Part shown: positions 48,114-57,564 of the stretch, in pieces | Numbering within the stretch: position 1 is the first letter of the stretch | Layout of the letters: the number at the start of each line of letters is the position of its first letter | Origin: Candidatus Marinacidobacterales bacterium | GTDB lineage: Bacteria > Acidobacteriota > Vicinamibacteria > Marinacidobacterales > SMYC01 | DNA: 64,000 nucleotides | Direction of reading: 5' to 3' | Assembly (NCBI GenBank): GCA_965250115.1 | Contig: CBDFNJ010000001.1 | Location: 1,450,175 to 1,514,174 of the forward strand | Position numbers and translations under genes: made by a program | Notes under the pieces: model-generated | What the model saw: the letters and a program-made list of their open reading frames with translations, nothing else | What the model was told of the DNA's origin: nothing | The model's database searches: none

Positions 48114-48896
48114 TTATCGTCTACCTACGAATTTATCCATAGCAACATTGATTCCCATGAAACCCGCGATGGCGTCGAACCAGGACGCGGGTAGCAGTCG
48201 AAGGAGCGGAATCGTATAGACCATCGGCGGAAGGTAGAGGCGGGCTCGGTTTCGCTCGATAGCCCGAAGGGTCTTCTCGGCCACGTTCGCCTCGTCGAGG
48301 ATGGGAAGCAGGAACGAGAAACGGGTCCTGACGCCCTCGAACATGCCCGTATCGGTGAAATAGGGGCAGACGAGCGTCGTGCGCACTCCAGTTGCCGCTT
48401 TCTCGAGCTCGACTCGCAACGACTCGTCGAGCCCCACCGCCGCGAATTTGCTCGCCGAATAGTCCGTGAGCTTCGAGACGCCGATGAGTCCGGCGGCGGA
48501 AGCGATCGTGACGAGGTGGCCGCGGCCTCTCTCGATCATGCTGGGAAGAAAGGCTTTAATCGTCCAAAAGAGGGCGAGGGTATTGACCGCGAGACTCCTC
48601 TCGATCTTCTCGTCGGGAATGTCCAGAAACCGCTCGCCGCTGACCACACCGGCGTTATTGATGAGGATGTCGACGGGACCGACTTCCTCGGCCACGCGAT
48701 AGACCGCCTCGCGATCCGATACGTCGCATACGAAGCTCTCACCTCCGATCTCACGCCGAAGCGTCTCGAGTCCGTCCCGGTTGAGGTCCCACAGAATCGG
48801 ATGCCCGCCCCGCTCGGCGACACCACGAGCCATCCTTCGCCCGAGACCACTGGCGGCGCCCGTGATAAGGACACGACTTTTCTCGATCTCGGTCAT
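48114..48896 (-). CDS. short-chain dehydrogenase/reductase (SDR)
   Basis: TGAASGLG (Rossmann), NNAG, and catalytic YSASK. Confidence 0.8.
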   Translation of the reverse strand: MTEIEKSRVLITGAASGLGRRMARGVAERGGHPILWDLNRDGLETLRREIGGESFVCDVSDREAVYRVAEEVGPVDILINNAGVVSGERFLDIPDEKIERSLAVNTLALFWTIKAFLPSMIERGRGHLVTIASAAGLIGVSKLTDYSASKFAAVGLDESLRVELEKAATGVRTTLVCPYFTDTGMFEGVRTRFSFLLPILDEANVAEKTLRAIERNRARLYLPPMVYTIPLLRLLPASWFDAIAGFMGINVAMDKFVGRR

Positions 48897-48993
48897 CGCG
48901 GGATTCTACCGTCGGTGTAGGGTGCAGATGCATTATTCAGCACCCTGCTCGATTTTTTTGAAACATTTTCCCCTCCCGCTGGTAAGAGGGGGC

Positions 48994-49605
48994 ATGAGAG
49001 GCTTGGTCGTCATGGAATCAGACGGAGGGCACGCGGAGATGCCCGCTTCGCGGCAGGATGCCGGCCCTCTTCTCGTGGCACACCGCCAAGGCAACGACAC
49101 CGCCTTCGCGAAGCTCGTCGAGCACTACCGCCGGCCCGTTTTCGGCTACCTCGTCCATACCGGCGTTCCCGAATCGGATCGAGACGATCTCTTCCAGGAC
49201 GTTTTCGTGAAGATCCACCGCCAGTCGCACCGATACGACCCCGCGCTGCCTCTCCATCCGTGGCTGTTCACGGTCCTCGCCAATACCGTAAGGAGCTATT
49301 TTCGGAAACAGAAGCTGCGCCGAGTTTTCTTCACGCCGCTCTCGAGCACGGAGCACAAAGACCCGGATCCCGACAGCGAGGCGAAAGCCACCGCAAACGA
49401 GATGGTTGTCTGGCTCGAGAGAACGATTCCAGAACTGCCCGCGAAGGAACGTTAGGTCTTGCTACTCGCGAGGCTCGAGGGCATGAGCCTGAAAGACATC
49501 GCTTCCGTGCTCGCAATCCCGATCGGTACGGTGAAGACCCGACTACGGCGAGCGCGGCTCCAGCTCGTAGAACGCTATGAACGCCAGAGAGTGAGTGCAT
49601 CATGA
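48994..49605 (+). pseudogene. ECF (group IV) sigma-70 factor with in-frame TAG at 49453-49455 between region 2 and region 4
   Basis: Region 2 is present (DLFQDVFVKIHR...), and after the TAG, in the same frame, region 4 follows (LLARLEGMSLKDIASVLAIPIGTVKTRLRRARLQL). Confidence 0.6.
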
Positions 49606-50291
49606 TGGATTTGTGCAAGTCATTGCGTGAAGAGCTAGCTCTCGAAGAAGAGCGCATGCTCACGAACGTGCAACAGGAACATCTCGAGAAGTGCACGGAC
49701 TGCCAGCGCTTTCTCGCTTCGCTTCACGCGATCGATCGCGGACTCGAAAGCTTGCCCGAGCACGACGCATCCGACTTCCAGGTTCGATCCGTTCTACGGC
49801 GCCTCCGCGCACCGAGGATTTCCCGGTTTCGCATTTTCGTCCCCGCCGCCGCGGCGGCGTTCCTCGCCGTCTTCGTTTTCCTCTGGATGCCACTTTACCG
49901 CGGCCAGAAGAGCTTCGATCGAGAGGCCGAGGTCGCGGATCGGCGGATCTCTCGTTTTCAGGGCGAGCTGGTCTCGACCGAGGAAAGTAGGCAAGAAGAA
50001 CCGGGGACAAACTTAGCGACTTGGACACCTTCAGTTATGTCTCGCGTCGACCGTCTTCGGCCTCTCCGCCGCCACCGGCCCAGGGTTTTGCGGATGGTTC
50101 CGGCCGCACGAACGGTGGTATCGCTGGAGTCGTCGGAGGCGACGTCGGAGGCGAACGAGGTCAGTCGCTCGACAACAAGGACGATGTGGTGGCTCGGGGC
50201 AAGAAAGGCGAGGGGAGGTTCGTGGAGAACGAGGGTGAAGAGAAGAACTTGCCCGCTGCGGCTGGACTTGCTGATGAAGCGCCCGAGATAG
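49602..50291 (+). CDS. anti-sigma factor N-terminal part (zinc-finger HLEKCTDCQ, single TM); C-terminal ~90 aa of this ORF probably out of frame
   Basis: ATG 49602 overlaps the sigma stop. ZAS-like HxxxCxxC is present, then a TM helix (FRIFVPAAAAAFLAVFVFLWMPLY). After ~49990 the translation turns Arg-rich, while the -1 frame becomes Pro/Gly-rich like a TonB linker. Confidence 0.5.
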   Translation: MMDLCKSLREELALEEERMLTNVQQEHLEKCTDCQRFLASLHAIDRGLESLPEHDASDFQVRSVLRRLRAPRISRFRIFVPAAAAAFLAVFVFLWMPLYRGQKSFDREAEVADRRISRFQGELVSTEESRQEEPGTNLATWTPSVMSRVDRLRPLRRHRPRVLRMVPAARTVVSLESSEATSEANEVSRSTTRTMWWLGARKARGGSWRTRVKRRTCPLRLDLLMKRPR

Positions 50292-51040
50292 CTGCAGCGG
50301 AGCGCAGCCTGTCGTCGAGCCGCCATTACATGCGCGCACGGTCCAGACCTAGCAAGCGCGTCGATCAATTGGCCGCCTATCCGGAGAAAGCGAAAGCGTC
50401 CCGGGTGGAAGGCACCGTCGTTCTCGAGCTCACGGTGGACGAAGAGGGCAATGTCACCGCGGTCAAAGTACTTCGCTCCGTGCCCGGTCTCGACGAAGCG
50501 GCCGTCGAAGCGGCGAAAGGATGGAAGTACGAGCCAAGCGACTCCGATAGCTCTCGAACGTTCCGCGAGCCCGTCACCTTCGAGCTGGAGAAGACGCCTG
50601 AGCCGAAGGATGAACGCTCGCTAGAGAACCTCAGTTTTCAAGAGGCCCGCGGCTACTGGCGAAACACCTACGTTCCAGGCGATCCCATGATTCGCTTGCT
50701 CGAGGCGCTCGAGAGGACGCGCGAGCTCGGCGATCGATTCCGGCTCGTCGTGGCTGGTCGAGGTGCGGCGGAGCTACTCGGGCCGGAAGCATTCCGACGC
50801 GGCCCTCTCAGTGTCGCGCTCGACGATCTCCTCGCGAAGGAGGAGAACTCGGGTCTTCCTCTTCAGCAGGCCGTCGCTCTTGCCATGGAACGCGTGCACG
50901 CCGGCGACGACCCGACGATGCCCCTCGGGACCAGCCTCTTGCTGCTGGTGACGTCGCGGTCGCTCTCGGACGACGTCGAGCCCGTCGCCGCGCTAGCCCA
51001 TCGGAGCGCGGCGAGGACGAGGACGGAATCCAGATCGTGA
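50021..51040 (+). CDS. periplasmic TonB C-terminal domain + VWA-like domain segment (probably the continuation of the anti-sigma gene via frameshift)
   Basis: It has SPPPPA and a Gly-rich linker, then TonB_C (AAYPEKAKASRVEGTVVLELTVDEEGNVTAVKVLRSVPGLDEAAVEAAKGWKYEP), then a VWA-like pattern (GDRFRLVVAG...LLLLVTSRSLSDD). There is no own TM or signal. Confidence 0.5.
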   Translation: MDTFSYVSRRPSSASPPPPAQGFADGSGRTNGGIAGVVGGDVGGERGQSLDNKDDVVARGKKGEGRFVENEGEEKNLPAAAGLADEAPEIAAAERSLSSSRHYMRARSRPSKRVDQLAAYPEKAKASRVEGTVVLELTVDEEGNVTAVKVLRSVPGLDEAAVEAAKGWKYEPSDSDSSRTFREPVTFELEKTPEPKDERSLENLSFQEARGYWRNTYVPGDPMIRLLEALERTRELGDRFRLVVAGRGAAELLGPEAFRRGPLSVALDDLLAKEENSGLPLQQAVALAMERVHAGDDPTMPLGTSLLLLVTSRSLSDDVEPVAALAHRSAARTRTESRS

Positions 51041-51507
51041 TTCCGAGCTTCTACGCAGGCGATGCCCATACGTTCTTGCTCGATGTGGTCGTTCCCGGAC
51101 CCGGAGCCGTTGCCGAGGTCACCGCGCGATACAAGGATCTCGGCGAACTCGAGAACACCGTCGGTCGGGCGAGCCTCTCTCTTGCGGACTCCCGCAAGGC
51201 TCCTGGTCCGCTCGAGACGAGCGTCGTGGAAGATTACTTTTCGTTCAAGGTCTCGAGGGCGCTGGCCAAAGCTGCCGGCGCGCTTGAAAACGGGCAGTGG
51301 GCGGCGGCGCTGAGCGAGCTCCGCTCGGTGCGTGACGCCTTGCAGGCGGCGCGGTCCGAAATGCCCCGGCTCTCGAGCGACATCGCCATGCTCGACGAGT
51401 ACCTTTCCTACCTGTCTTCACCCAACCCGCGTCTCCACGCGTACCTCTTGGACTCTTTGCGCTTTGCTTCCGCTCTCAAGCGTCTCCCTCCGCCGGCGCT
51501 TTCCTGA
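51037..51507 (+). CDS. C-terminal continuation of the VWA-like protein (reached by a further -1 shift near 50990-51010)
   Basis: The upstream in-frame translation ...ERGEDEDGIQIVIPSFYAGDAHTFLLDVV continues the VWA fold (GIxIxxIGxG-like). There is no independent RBS or start. Confidence 0.3.
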   Translation: MIPSFYAGDAHTFLLDVVVPGPGAVAEVTARYKDLGELENTVGRASLSLADSRKAPGPLETSVVEDYFSFKVSRALAKAAGALENGQWAAALSELRSVRDALQAARSEMPRLSSDIAMLDEYLSYLSSPNPRLHAYLLDSLRFASALKRLPPPALS

Positions 51508-51527
51508 GCAACTTCGAGGAAACGACG

Positions 51528-54185
51528 ATGAAACAGAAACTTCTCAGCTTCGCTCTAGCGTTCTTGGCTTCGGCCGCGATCGCCCAGGACGACAAGCCCC
51601 GCCAGGTTCAAATCCCGCTCGAGCTCTACAATCAGCTCATCGAGCAGACTCGGACGCCGATCGAAACGACCCGACCCGCGCCCGTGAACTACGCGCTCGG
51701 CAATGCCCAGGTGACGGTCCGAGTCAGCTCGACGGATCCGCGGCCGAGCGCCGACGTCCACGTCACACTCTCGATTCAGATCTTCGAGGATCAGTGGTCT
51801 CTGGTTCCAATCCTCCCCGCTGGAACGCCGGTGACCGAGGCCTCGATACAGGGAACCCCCGTTCAACTCGTGACGACGCCCGCGGGACTCGCCTGGGCCA
51901 ACAACCAGAAGGGCGCCTATCAGATGACGCTCTCGTATCGCGTGGACGCAGCTTCGGCGGAAGGGGGCTATGTTCTCAGCCTTCCGCTGCCGCAGGCCGC
52001 TTCGATCAACCTCACGGCGAGCCTGCCGGGGCGGGGTCTCGACGTTGCCGTGATACCTGCCGCCGGCCTGCGCACCTCGTCTTCGGGGAATCAGACCCAG
52101 GTTCAGGCGACGATCCCAACGACGAGCGGGGTCCAACTCTCCTGGCGCACTCCGAGAAAGGGTGAGCCTGCCTTCAGTCGTGCGCACTACCGCGGCGAGC
52201 TCTCAGGAGAGGCCATTCGGTGGAGAGGCGAGCTCGTCGTCGAGCTCTTCGAGGACGAGACCGCAACCCTTCAGCTATTGCCCCGAGAGGTCACCCTCAC
52301 GAATCTGGAAGTCGATGGTAAACAAGCCACGATCTTCGTGGAAGGCAAGCGTTTCGCGACCTTGGTTCGGGGCCAGGGAATCCACCGCATTGCCGTTTCC
52401 TTCGAAACGCCCGTCGTTCGAAGCGACGGCCCTCCGCACGTCGCGCTTCAAATTCCAAAAGTACCCGTTTCCCGCATCGACTTGAAGCTTCCGGGAAGAA
52501 AAGAAGTTTCCGCAAGTCCCGCCTCGAGCGTTACGAGTCGAAGACGCGGCGGCGCGACGGAAACGACGGTGAACGTCCCTCTCACGCAGAGGGTGACGTT
52601 GTCGTGGTCGGAAGCGATTCCCGAAGTCGCCCGCGAGGAGCTTCGCGCCAACGCTTCCATCTTTCACGTGATCCACGCTGAAGAGGGCGTTCTCGTCGTG
52701 CGGGCCCGAGTCCAGTACGAAGTGCGGCGCGGTGGGACTCATCGCTTCACGCTCGAGCTCCCTCCCGAAGTTCAGGTCAACGACGTGAGCTCGGAGTCGG
52801 GCGCCATCGCAGACTGGCGCGTGACCGCCGAGGGAAGCCGCCGCATCCTTCAGATCTTTCTCAACCGTGAGCTCCAGGGCGAACTCGTCTTCGACGTCGA
52901 CTACGACCGTTCGCTCTCCGCCACCGAGGCCCAGGAGTTGCCGCTCTTCCGCGCCCCCGACGTCGGTAGGCAGCGCGGAATGATTGCGCTCTTGTCGAGC
53001 CGCGAGCTGACGCTCAACCCTTCGGACGACGCGGGGGCGACCCGGGTCGGCGAGAACCAGCTTCCTGGCTTCGTTCGCGACGGCATCGAAATGACTATCG
53101 CGCACACCTTCAAATATACCGACACACCTCCCTCGATGAGCGTAACCGCTTCCGTTCCCGAGCGCGTCGCGGGACGTTTCGACGCCCAAGTCGATACGCT
53201 CTTGTCCCTGGGCGAGGTGACCTTGACGGGAAGCGTTACTGCCGAGCTCCACGTGAAGTCCGGCGGTGTCGACACGCTGGAGCTCGTCCTTCCCGCAGGT
53301 GCGAGCCTTCTGAACCTGAACGCGCCCTCGCTCCGAACCCACCGAGTCAGTGACGACGAAAGCCCGGTGGTCACACTGGAATTCACCCAGGAGATGGAGG
53401 GCGACTTTCGCATCGAGCTGACCTACGAGCGGATCCTCGAAGAGGGTGAGTCCGTGGTCGCCGCCTCGACGCCCAGAGTTCTCGGAGCGGACGTGGAGCA
53501 GGGCCGGATTGCCGTCGAAGCATCGAGCGCGGCCGAAGTGGAACCGGCCCAGACCGCCGAGCTATCTCCGATCGATGTCTCCGAGCTGCCGCGCCAGCTC
53601 GTCCTCCGCACGACGAATCCGATTCTCCTCGCGTTCAAGTACGTGCGGGCCGAGCCCGCGCCTCGGCTCGCGCTTCAAGTGAGACGTCACCCCACGATGG
53701 ACGTTCAGGAGGCGGCGATCGATGTCGCCGAGTACCGCACGCTCTTCACGAGGGATGGGCTCTCGGTGACGTCGGCAAGCTTCACCGTTCGAAACGCCCG
53801 GAAGCAGTTTCTTCGAGTGCGCCTCCCGGAAAACTCCGAGCTCTGGTCCGTTTTCGTCGCGGGACGCGCGGAAAAACCCGCTCTCGTCGAGGAAGATGGC
53901 GCGCGCTTTCTTCTCACTCAGATCGTGAACCGAACCGAAGGATTCCCCGTCGAGGTCGTCTATGCCACGCGCGGAGGTACTATCGGGGGCCTCGGCACGG
54001 TTCGAGCCCGGCTTCCGCGCCCCGATATCCTCGTCACGAGCTCGCACTGGGATCTCTTTCTGCCCGAAGGCCTGGACTACCAACGGCCATCGAGCAACAT
54101 GGACGTCGTCGAATCAGGGCGCGCCGTATCGGAACAGGAGATGCGAAACGAGCTCTCCGCTATTTCCGAAACGCGAGCGGCCTAG
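51528..54185 (+). CDS. large secreted protein of unknown function (885 aa, signal peptide, beta-rich)
   Basis: The signal peptide is MKQKLLSFALAFLASAAIAQ. It is a long, non-repetitive, Thr/Val/Ser-rich beta-type sequence with no recognisable catalytic motifs. Confidence 0.5.
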   Translation: MKQKLLSFALAFLASAAIAQDDKPRQVQIPLELYNQLIEQTRTPIETTRPAPVNYALGNAQVTVRVSSTDPRPSADVHVTLSIQIFEDQWSLVPILPAGTPVTEASIQGTPVQLVTTPAGLAWANNQKGAYQMTLSYRVDAASAEGGYVLSLPLPQAASINLTASLPGRGLDVAVIPAAGLRTSSSGNQTQVQATIPTTSGVQLSWRTPRKGEPAFSRAHYRGELSGEAIRWRGELVVELFEDETATLQLLPREVTLTNLEVDGKQATIFVEGKRFATLVRGQGIHRIAVSFETPVVRSDGPPHVALQIPKVPVSRIDLKLPGRKEVSASPASSVTSRRRGGATETTVNVPLTQRVTLSWSEAIPEVAREELRANASIFHVIHAEEGVLVVRARVQYEVRRGGTHRFTLELPPEVQVNDVSSESGAIADWRVTAEGSRRILQIFLNRELQGELVFDVDYDRSLSATEAQELPLFRAPDVGRQRGMIALLSSRELTLNPSDDAGATRVGENQLPGFVRDGIEMTIAHTFKYTDTPPSMSVTASVPERVAGRFDAQVDTLLSLGEVTLTGSVTAELHVKSGGVDTLELVLPAGASLLNLNAPSLRTHRVSDDESPVVTLEFTQEMEGDFRIELTYERILEEGESVVAASTPRVLGADVEQGRIAVEASSAAEVEPAQTAELSPIDVSELPRQLVLRTTNPILLAFKYVRAEPAPRLALQVRRHPTMDVQEAAIDVAEYRTLFTRDGLSVTSASFTVRNARKQFLRVRLPENSELWSVFVAGRAEKPALVEEDGARFLLTQIVNRTEGFPVEVVYATRGGTIGGLGTVRARLPRPDILVTSSHWDLFLPEGLDYQRPSSNMDVVESGRAVSEQEMRNELSAISETRAA

Positions 54186-54205
54186 CCGAGCCGCTTCTGA
54201 TCCAC

Positions 54206-54583
54206 GTGCCAACGACGGGAATACGCTACCGCTTCGAGAAGCTCTACGCGAATCAAGCGGACGTCGAGGCTTACGTTGCGATCCCCTACGCGTCCTCTTC
54301 CGGAGTTTTCATGGGGCAGCTCGTCTGCATTCTGGGTGCGGGCCTCTTGTGGATGGCGGGATGGCTTTCGTGGACGCGGGATGAGAGATTCTCCAAACGC
54401 GCTCGAATTCTGCTCCCGCTGGCGAGGGCGGTGATCGTAGTGGTCGCGACGGGGGTCTATCACGTGAGCTTCGTGCCGTCGCTCTTACTGTCTATCGCCG
54501 GCGCCGCCTTCCTCGGCCGATCGCAGTTCAGACGGCTCGCCGGATCGCTTCGTCCGGAAAGACCGGTGGAACAAAACAGCTAG
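54206..54583 (+). CDS. small integral membrane protein (3 TM)
   Basis: A 125-aa hydrophobic ORF immediately downstream of the 885-aa gene. Confidence 0.4.
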   Translation: MPTTGIRYRFEKLYANQADVEAYVAIPYASSSGVFMGQLVCILGAGLLWMAGWLSWTRDERFSKRARILLPLARAVIVVVATGVYHVSFVPSLLLSIAGAAFLGRSQFRRLAGSLRPERPVEQNS

Positions 54584-55896
54584 CCCTCGGCGAGCCAAGC
54601 CGTGATACGGTCCATGGCGGTGAGGACGCGGCCGCAGTTCTCACGGAGAAATCCTTCGTCGAAGATTTTTCCCTCCGAGACTGCGGCCAGCGCCTTGGCG
54701 CCGTCGAAATCGACGTAGGCCATCCGAAGGCATAAATCGTTATCCGGAAGCCCGAAGCTCGTTCGCGGCAAGGTCGCAACGCCGGTCTCCTCCAGCAGGC
54801 GCTCGCAGAGTGCCACGCTCGTCCGGATGCCTTTTCGCTGAAGCTTCCTTCGATGCGGCTTGAAGTCGGGAAAGAGGTAGAAGGCTCCTTCAGGATTGAC
54901 AACCTCGACGCCGGCCGACTTCAGGGACTGAACGCAGTGTCGGCCGAGAGCCTTGAGTACCCTGCGACATTTCGTGAGATAGAGCTCTATCTCTTCCCCG
55001 CCGTCGAAGGCACGGACGGCGGCGTATTGGATCGGCGCGCTCGTCGCCGTGAAGGTTTCGCTCGCGACGACCGCCATCGAGTCCAGGAGCCAACTCAAGC
55101 TATCGGGAAAGGTGAAGGTGCCGAGCCTCCAGCCACCTGCCCCGCACCACTTGCTCAAACCGGAGCTGATAATCGTTCCCTCGGGGTAGAACTCGGCGAT
55201 CGAAGCGTGGTTACCTCGATGGTGGATCTCGCCGTAGATCTCGTCCGAGAGCATGACGACACGATACCGGCGCGTGACCTCGGCGAGGGCTCGAAGCTTG
55301 TTGGTGTCGTAGGTGTGACCGGTTGGGTTATTGGGGTAGTTCAAAATGACGAGCCGAGGCCGCTCCGGGTCGTCGCGACAAAGCGCCTCGAACTCTTCGG
55401 GCTGGACTGCCCAGTTGTTCTTCTTCTTGGTCTCGAGCCAACGGACCTGTCTTCCGATGATGGCAGCCTGAGGGGCGTAGGAGACCCAGGAGGGGCTGGG
55501 GATGGCGAGATCACCATAGTAGACGAGCTGAGTGAGGAACATCAGCTCTTTGGAGCCCTGTCCCACGAGGACGTTTTCCGCGCTGCGCTCGATCCCTTGA
55601 CGTCGCCGGTGATAGCTCGCCACGGCTTCGCGCAAGGCGTAGAGGCCCTTCACGGGCAGATAGTCTTTCTGATACGCATTGTCTTGGAGCGCCCTCACGA
55701 CGACATCGGGAACCGGGAAGGGCGACTGCCCCAGTCCCAGCTTGATGATGTCCTTGCCGGCCTTCAGGAGCTCTGCACTCCGCTCGTTGATGGTGAGCGT
55801 CGCGGAGGCTCCGAGGCCCCGAACGTTCAGGTTGAGATTGACCGAGGGAACGTGTGCCGCGGCGTGCATGTCGCGATTCATCGCGGGAGAGCTCAT
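54580..55896 (-). CDS. PLP-dependent aminotransferase class I/II (aromatic/aspartate aminotransferase-like)
   Basis: It has NYPNNPTG and the SGLSKWCGAGGWRLG (PLP-Lys) region. The start is uncertain (55896, 55878 or 55866). Confidence 0.8.
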   Translation of the reverse strand: MSSPAMNRDMHAAAHVPSVNLNLNVRGLGASATLTINERSAELLKAGKDIIKLGLGQSPFPVPDVVVRALQDNAYQKDYLPVKGLYALREAVASYHRRRQGIERSAENVLVGQGSKELMFLTQLVYYGDLAIPSPSWVSYAPQAAIIGRQVRWLETKKKNNWAVQPEEFEALCRDDPERPRLVILNYPNNPTGHTYDTNKLRALAEVTRRYRVVMLSDEIYGEIHHRGNHASIAEFYPEGTIISSGLSKWCGAGGWRLGTFTFPDSLSWLLDSMAVVASETFTATSAPIQYAAVRAFDGGEEIELYLTKCRRVLKALGRHCVQSLKSAGVEVVNPEGAFYLFPDFKPHRRKLQRKGIRTSVALCERLLEETGVATLPRTSFGLPDNDLCLRMAYVDFDGAKALAAVSEGKIFDEGFLRENCGRVLTAMDRITAWLAEG

Positions 55897-56011
55897 CAGG
55901 CTACCTCGATGCGGTTTGAGGGGTAACTCGTGGATTTCAAAGTGGCTTAACAACATTGTAGGCAGGGATCGCCTGACTCACAAGCCTGTTACGCCTTAGA
56001 ATAGACCCACC

Positions 56012-56731
56012 GTGAAGACCATCGAAGCATTCGACCTCGCCCCTGGGCGTACGCTCGCTCGCAAGTACGAAATCGTCTCCAAGCTGGGTGGTGGCTGGGA
56101 GGGCGAGGTTTATCGAATTCGAGAGAAAAACACGGGTATCGAGCGTGCCGCGAAACTCTTCTATCCCGAGCGGAACGTTCGGAACAAGGCGGCGATGGCC
56201 TACGCCCGCAAGCTCCACTCGCTTCGAGACTGCCCCCTCGTCATCCACTACCACACGGAGGAGACGGTCCTGATAAAGCGCACTCCGATCACCGTGCTCG
56301 TCTCCGAGTACGTGGAGGGCGAGATCCTGACGGATTTTCTCGAGCGGCAGCGGGGCGGTCGGCTCCACCCTTTTCAGGCGCTTCATTTGCTCTACGCTCT
56401 CGCCAAGGGGATCTCGGATATCCACCGCCGCCGCGAGTACCACGGAGACCTTCACTCCGACAACATCATCGTGGAGCACTACGGGCTCGAGTTCGACCTC
56501 AAGATTCTCGATCTCATTCAATGGGCGGCACCCAAACGCGAAGGGTTGCACGACGATATTTGCGACGTCATTCGCATCTTCTACGACGCCCTCGGTGGCG
56601 TCCGCTTTTACGCCACGCAATCGAAGCGAATCAAAGGAATCATTCGCGGCAACAAGCGATCCCTGATCCTGAAGCGTTTCCCGACCGCCACGCACTTGAG
56701 GCTGCATTTGGAGTCTCTCGGATGGGACTGA
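56012..56731 (+). CDS. RIO/Bud32/Kdo-kinase-like small atypical protein kinase
   Basis: The Gly-loop LGGGWEGEVY, Lys AAKLF, catalytic YHGDLHSDNIIV, and metal-binding ILDLIQW match the RIO-type HGDLSEYN / IDxxQ pattern. GTG start. Confidence 0.55.
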   Translation: MKTIEAFDLAPGRTLARKYEIVSKLGGGWEGEVYRIREKNTGIERAAKLFYPERNVRNKAAMAYARKLHSLRDCPLVIHYHTEETVLIKRTPITVLVSEYVEGEILTDFLERQRGGRLHPFQALHLLYALAKGISDIHRRREYHGDLHSDNIIVEHYGLEFDLKILDLIQWAAPKREGLHDDICDVIRIFYDALGGVRFYATQSKRIKGIIRGNKRSLILKRFPTATHLRLHLESLGWD

Positions 56732-57558
56732 GCCATCGACTGCACCCCGACGAAGCTCGGCTCTTTTTCGAGCAGGATCGGCTCGAGGGCGAGTTCTTCA
56801 TCGTCGCCGGAGGCGAGGTTTCCGTCTACTCGAGCCGGAGCCCCGCCAAGGACACCGCGAACGAGGATGCAGCCGCCGTCATCGGCACCGGGAAGGAAGG
56901 CGCGATTCTGGTGGTGGCGGATGGTCTCGGGGGAATGCCGGCCGGCCAGCAAGCTTCTTCGGTCGCGGTCGAATGTATCGCCCAGGCAGTGCACCTTGCC
57001 ATGGTGGAAGGACACGACGCACGGTCGGGCATCTTGAATGGATTCGAAGCGGCGAACGAGGGGGTGCTCGCGCTCGGTGTCGGAGCGGGAACGACTTTGG
57101 CCGTCGTCGAGGTGAACGATCGGACCGCCCGTGCTTACCACGTTGGCGATTCCCTCGTCCTCGTGACGGGCCAGCGCGGAAAACTCAAGTTGCAGACCAT
57201 CTCACACTCGCCCGTGGGCTACGGCGTCGAGTCGGGACTTTTGGACGAGAAAGACGCGATGTACCACGAGGAGCGACACGTCATCAGCAACATGATTGGC
57301 AGCGCCGACATGCGTATCGACGTCGGTCTCCCCATCGAGCTCGCGCGGCGAGATACTTTGCTACTCGCTAGCGACGGGCTCTCCGATAACCTTCATACCG
57401 ACGAGATCGTCTCCTTGATGCGAAAGGGTCCACTCCGGAAGGTGACGCGGCAGCTCGCCTCCTCGACCCTGGCTCGAATGACGGACGCCGGCGACGATGA
57501 GCCCTCGAAACCCGACGATCTTACGTTTCTCCTTTTCCTGCTTCGATCGAAGGGATAG
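56722..57558 (+). CDS. PP2C-family Ser/Thr protein phosphatase
   Basis: It has the DGLGG, GTT, and LLASDGL motifs. The ATG overlaps the kinase stop. Confidence 0.75.
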   Translation: MGLSHRLHPDEARLFFEQDRLEGEFFIVAGGEVSVYSSRSPAKDTANEDAAAVIGTGKEGAILVVADGLGGMPAGQQASSVAVECIAQAVHLAMVEGHDARSGILNGFEAANEGVLALGVGAGTTLAVVEVNDRTARAYHVGDSLVLVTGQRGKLKLQTISHSPVGYGVESGLLDEKDAMYHEERHVISNMIGSADMRIDVGLPIELARRDTLLLASDGLSDNLHTDEIVSLMRKGPLRKVTRQLASSTLARMTDAGDDEPSKPDDLTFLLFLLRSKG

Positions 57559-57564
57559 AGCTTC

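Noticed and set aside
17199-49605. Reassignment or read-through of TAG, given two in-frame TAGs in otherwise good genes
   Set aside because: Many intact genes in the window terminate with TAG (mrpG, dioxygenase, pdxS, pyrD and others) at exactly the expected protein ends. Nonsense mutation or sequencing error is more parsimonious.
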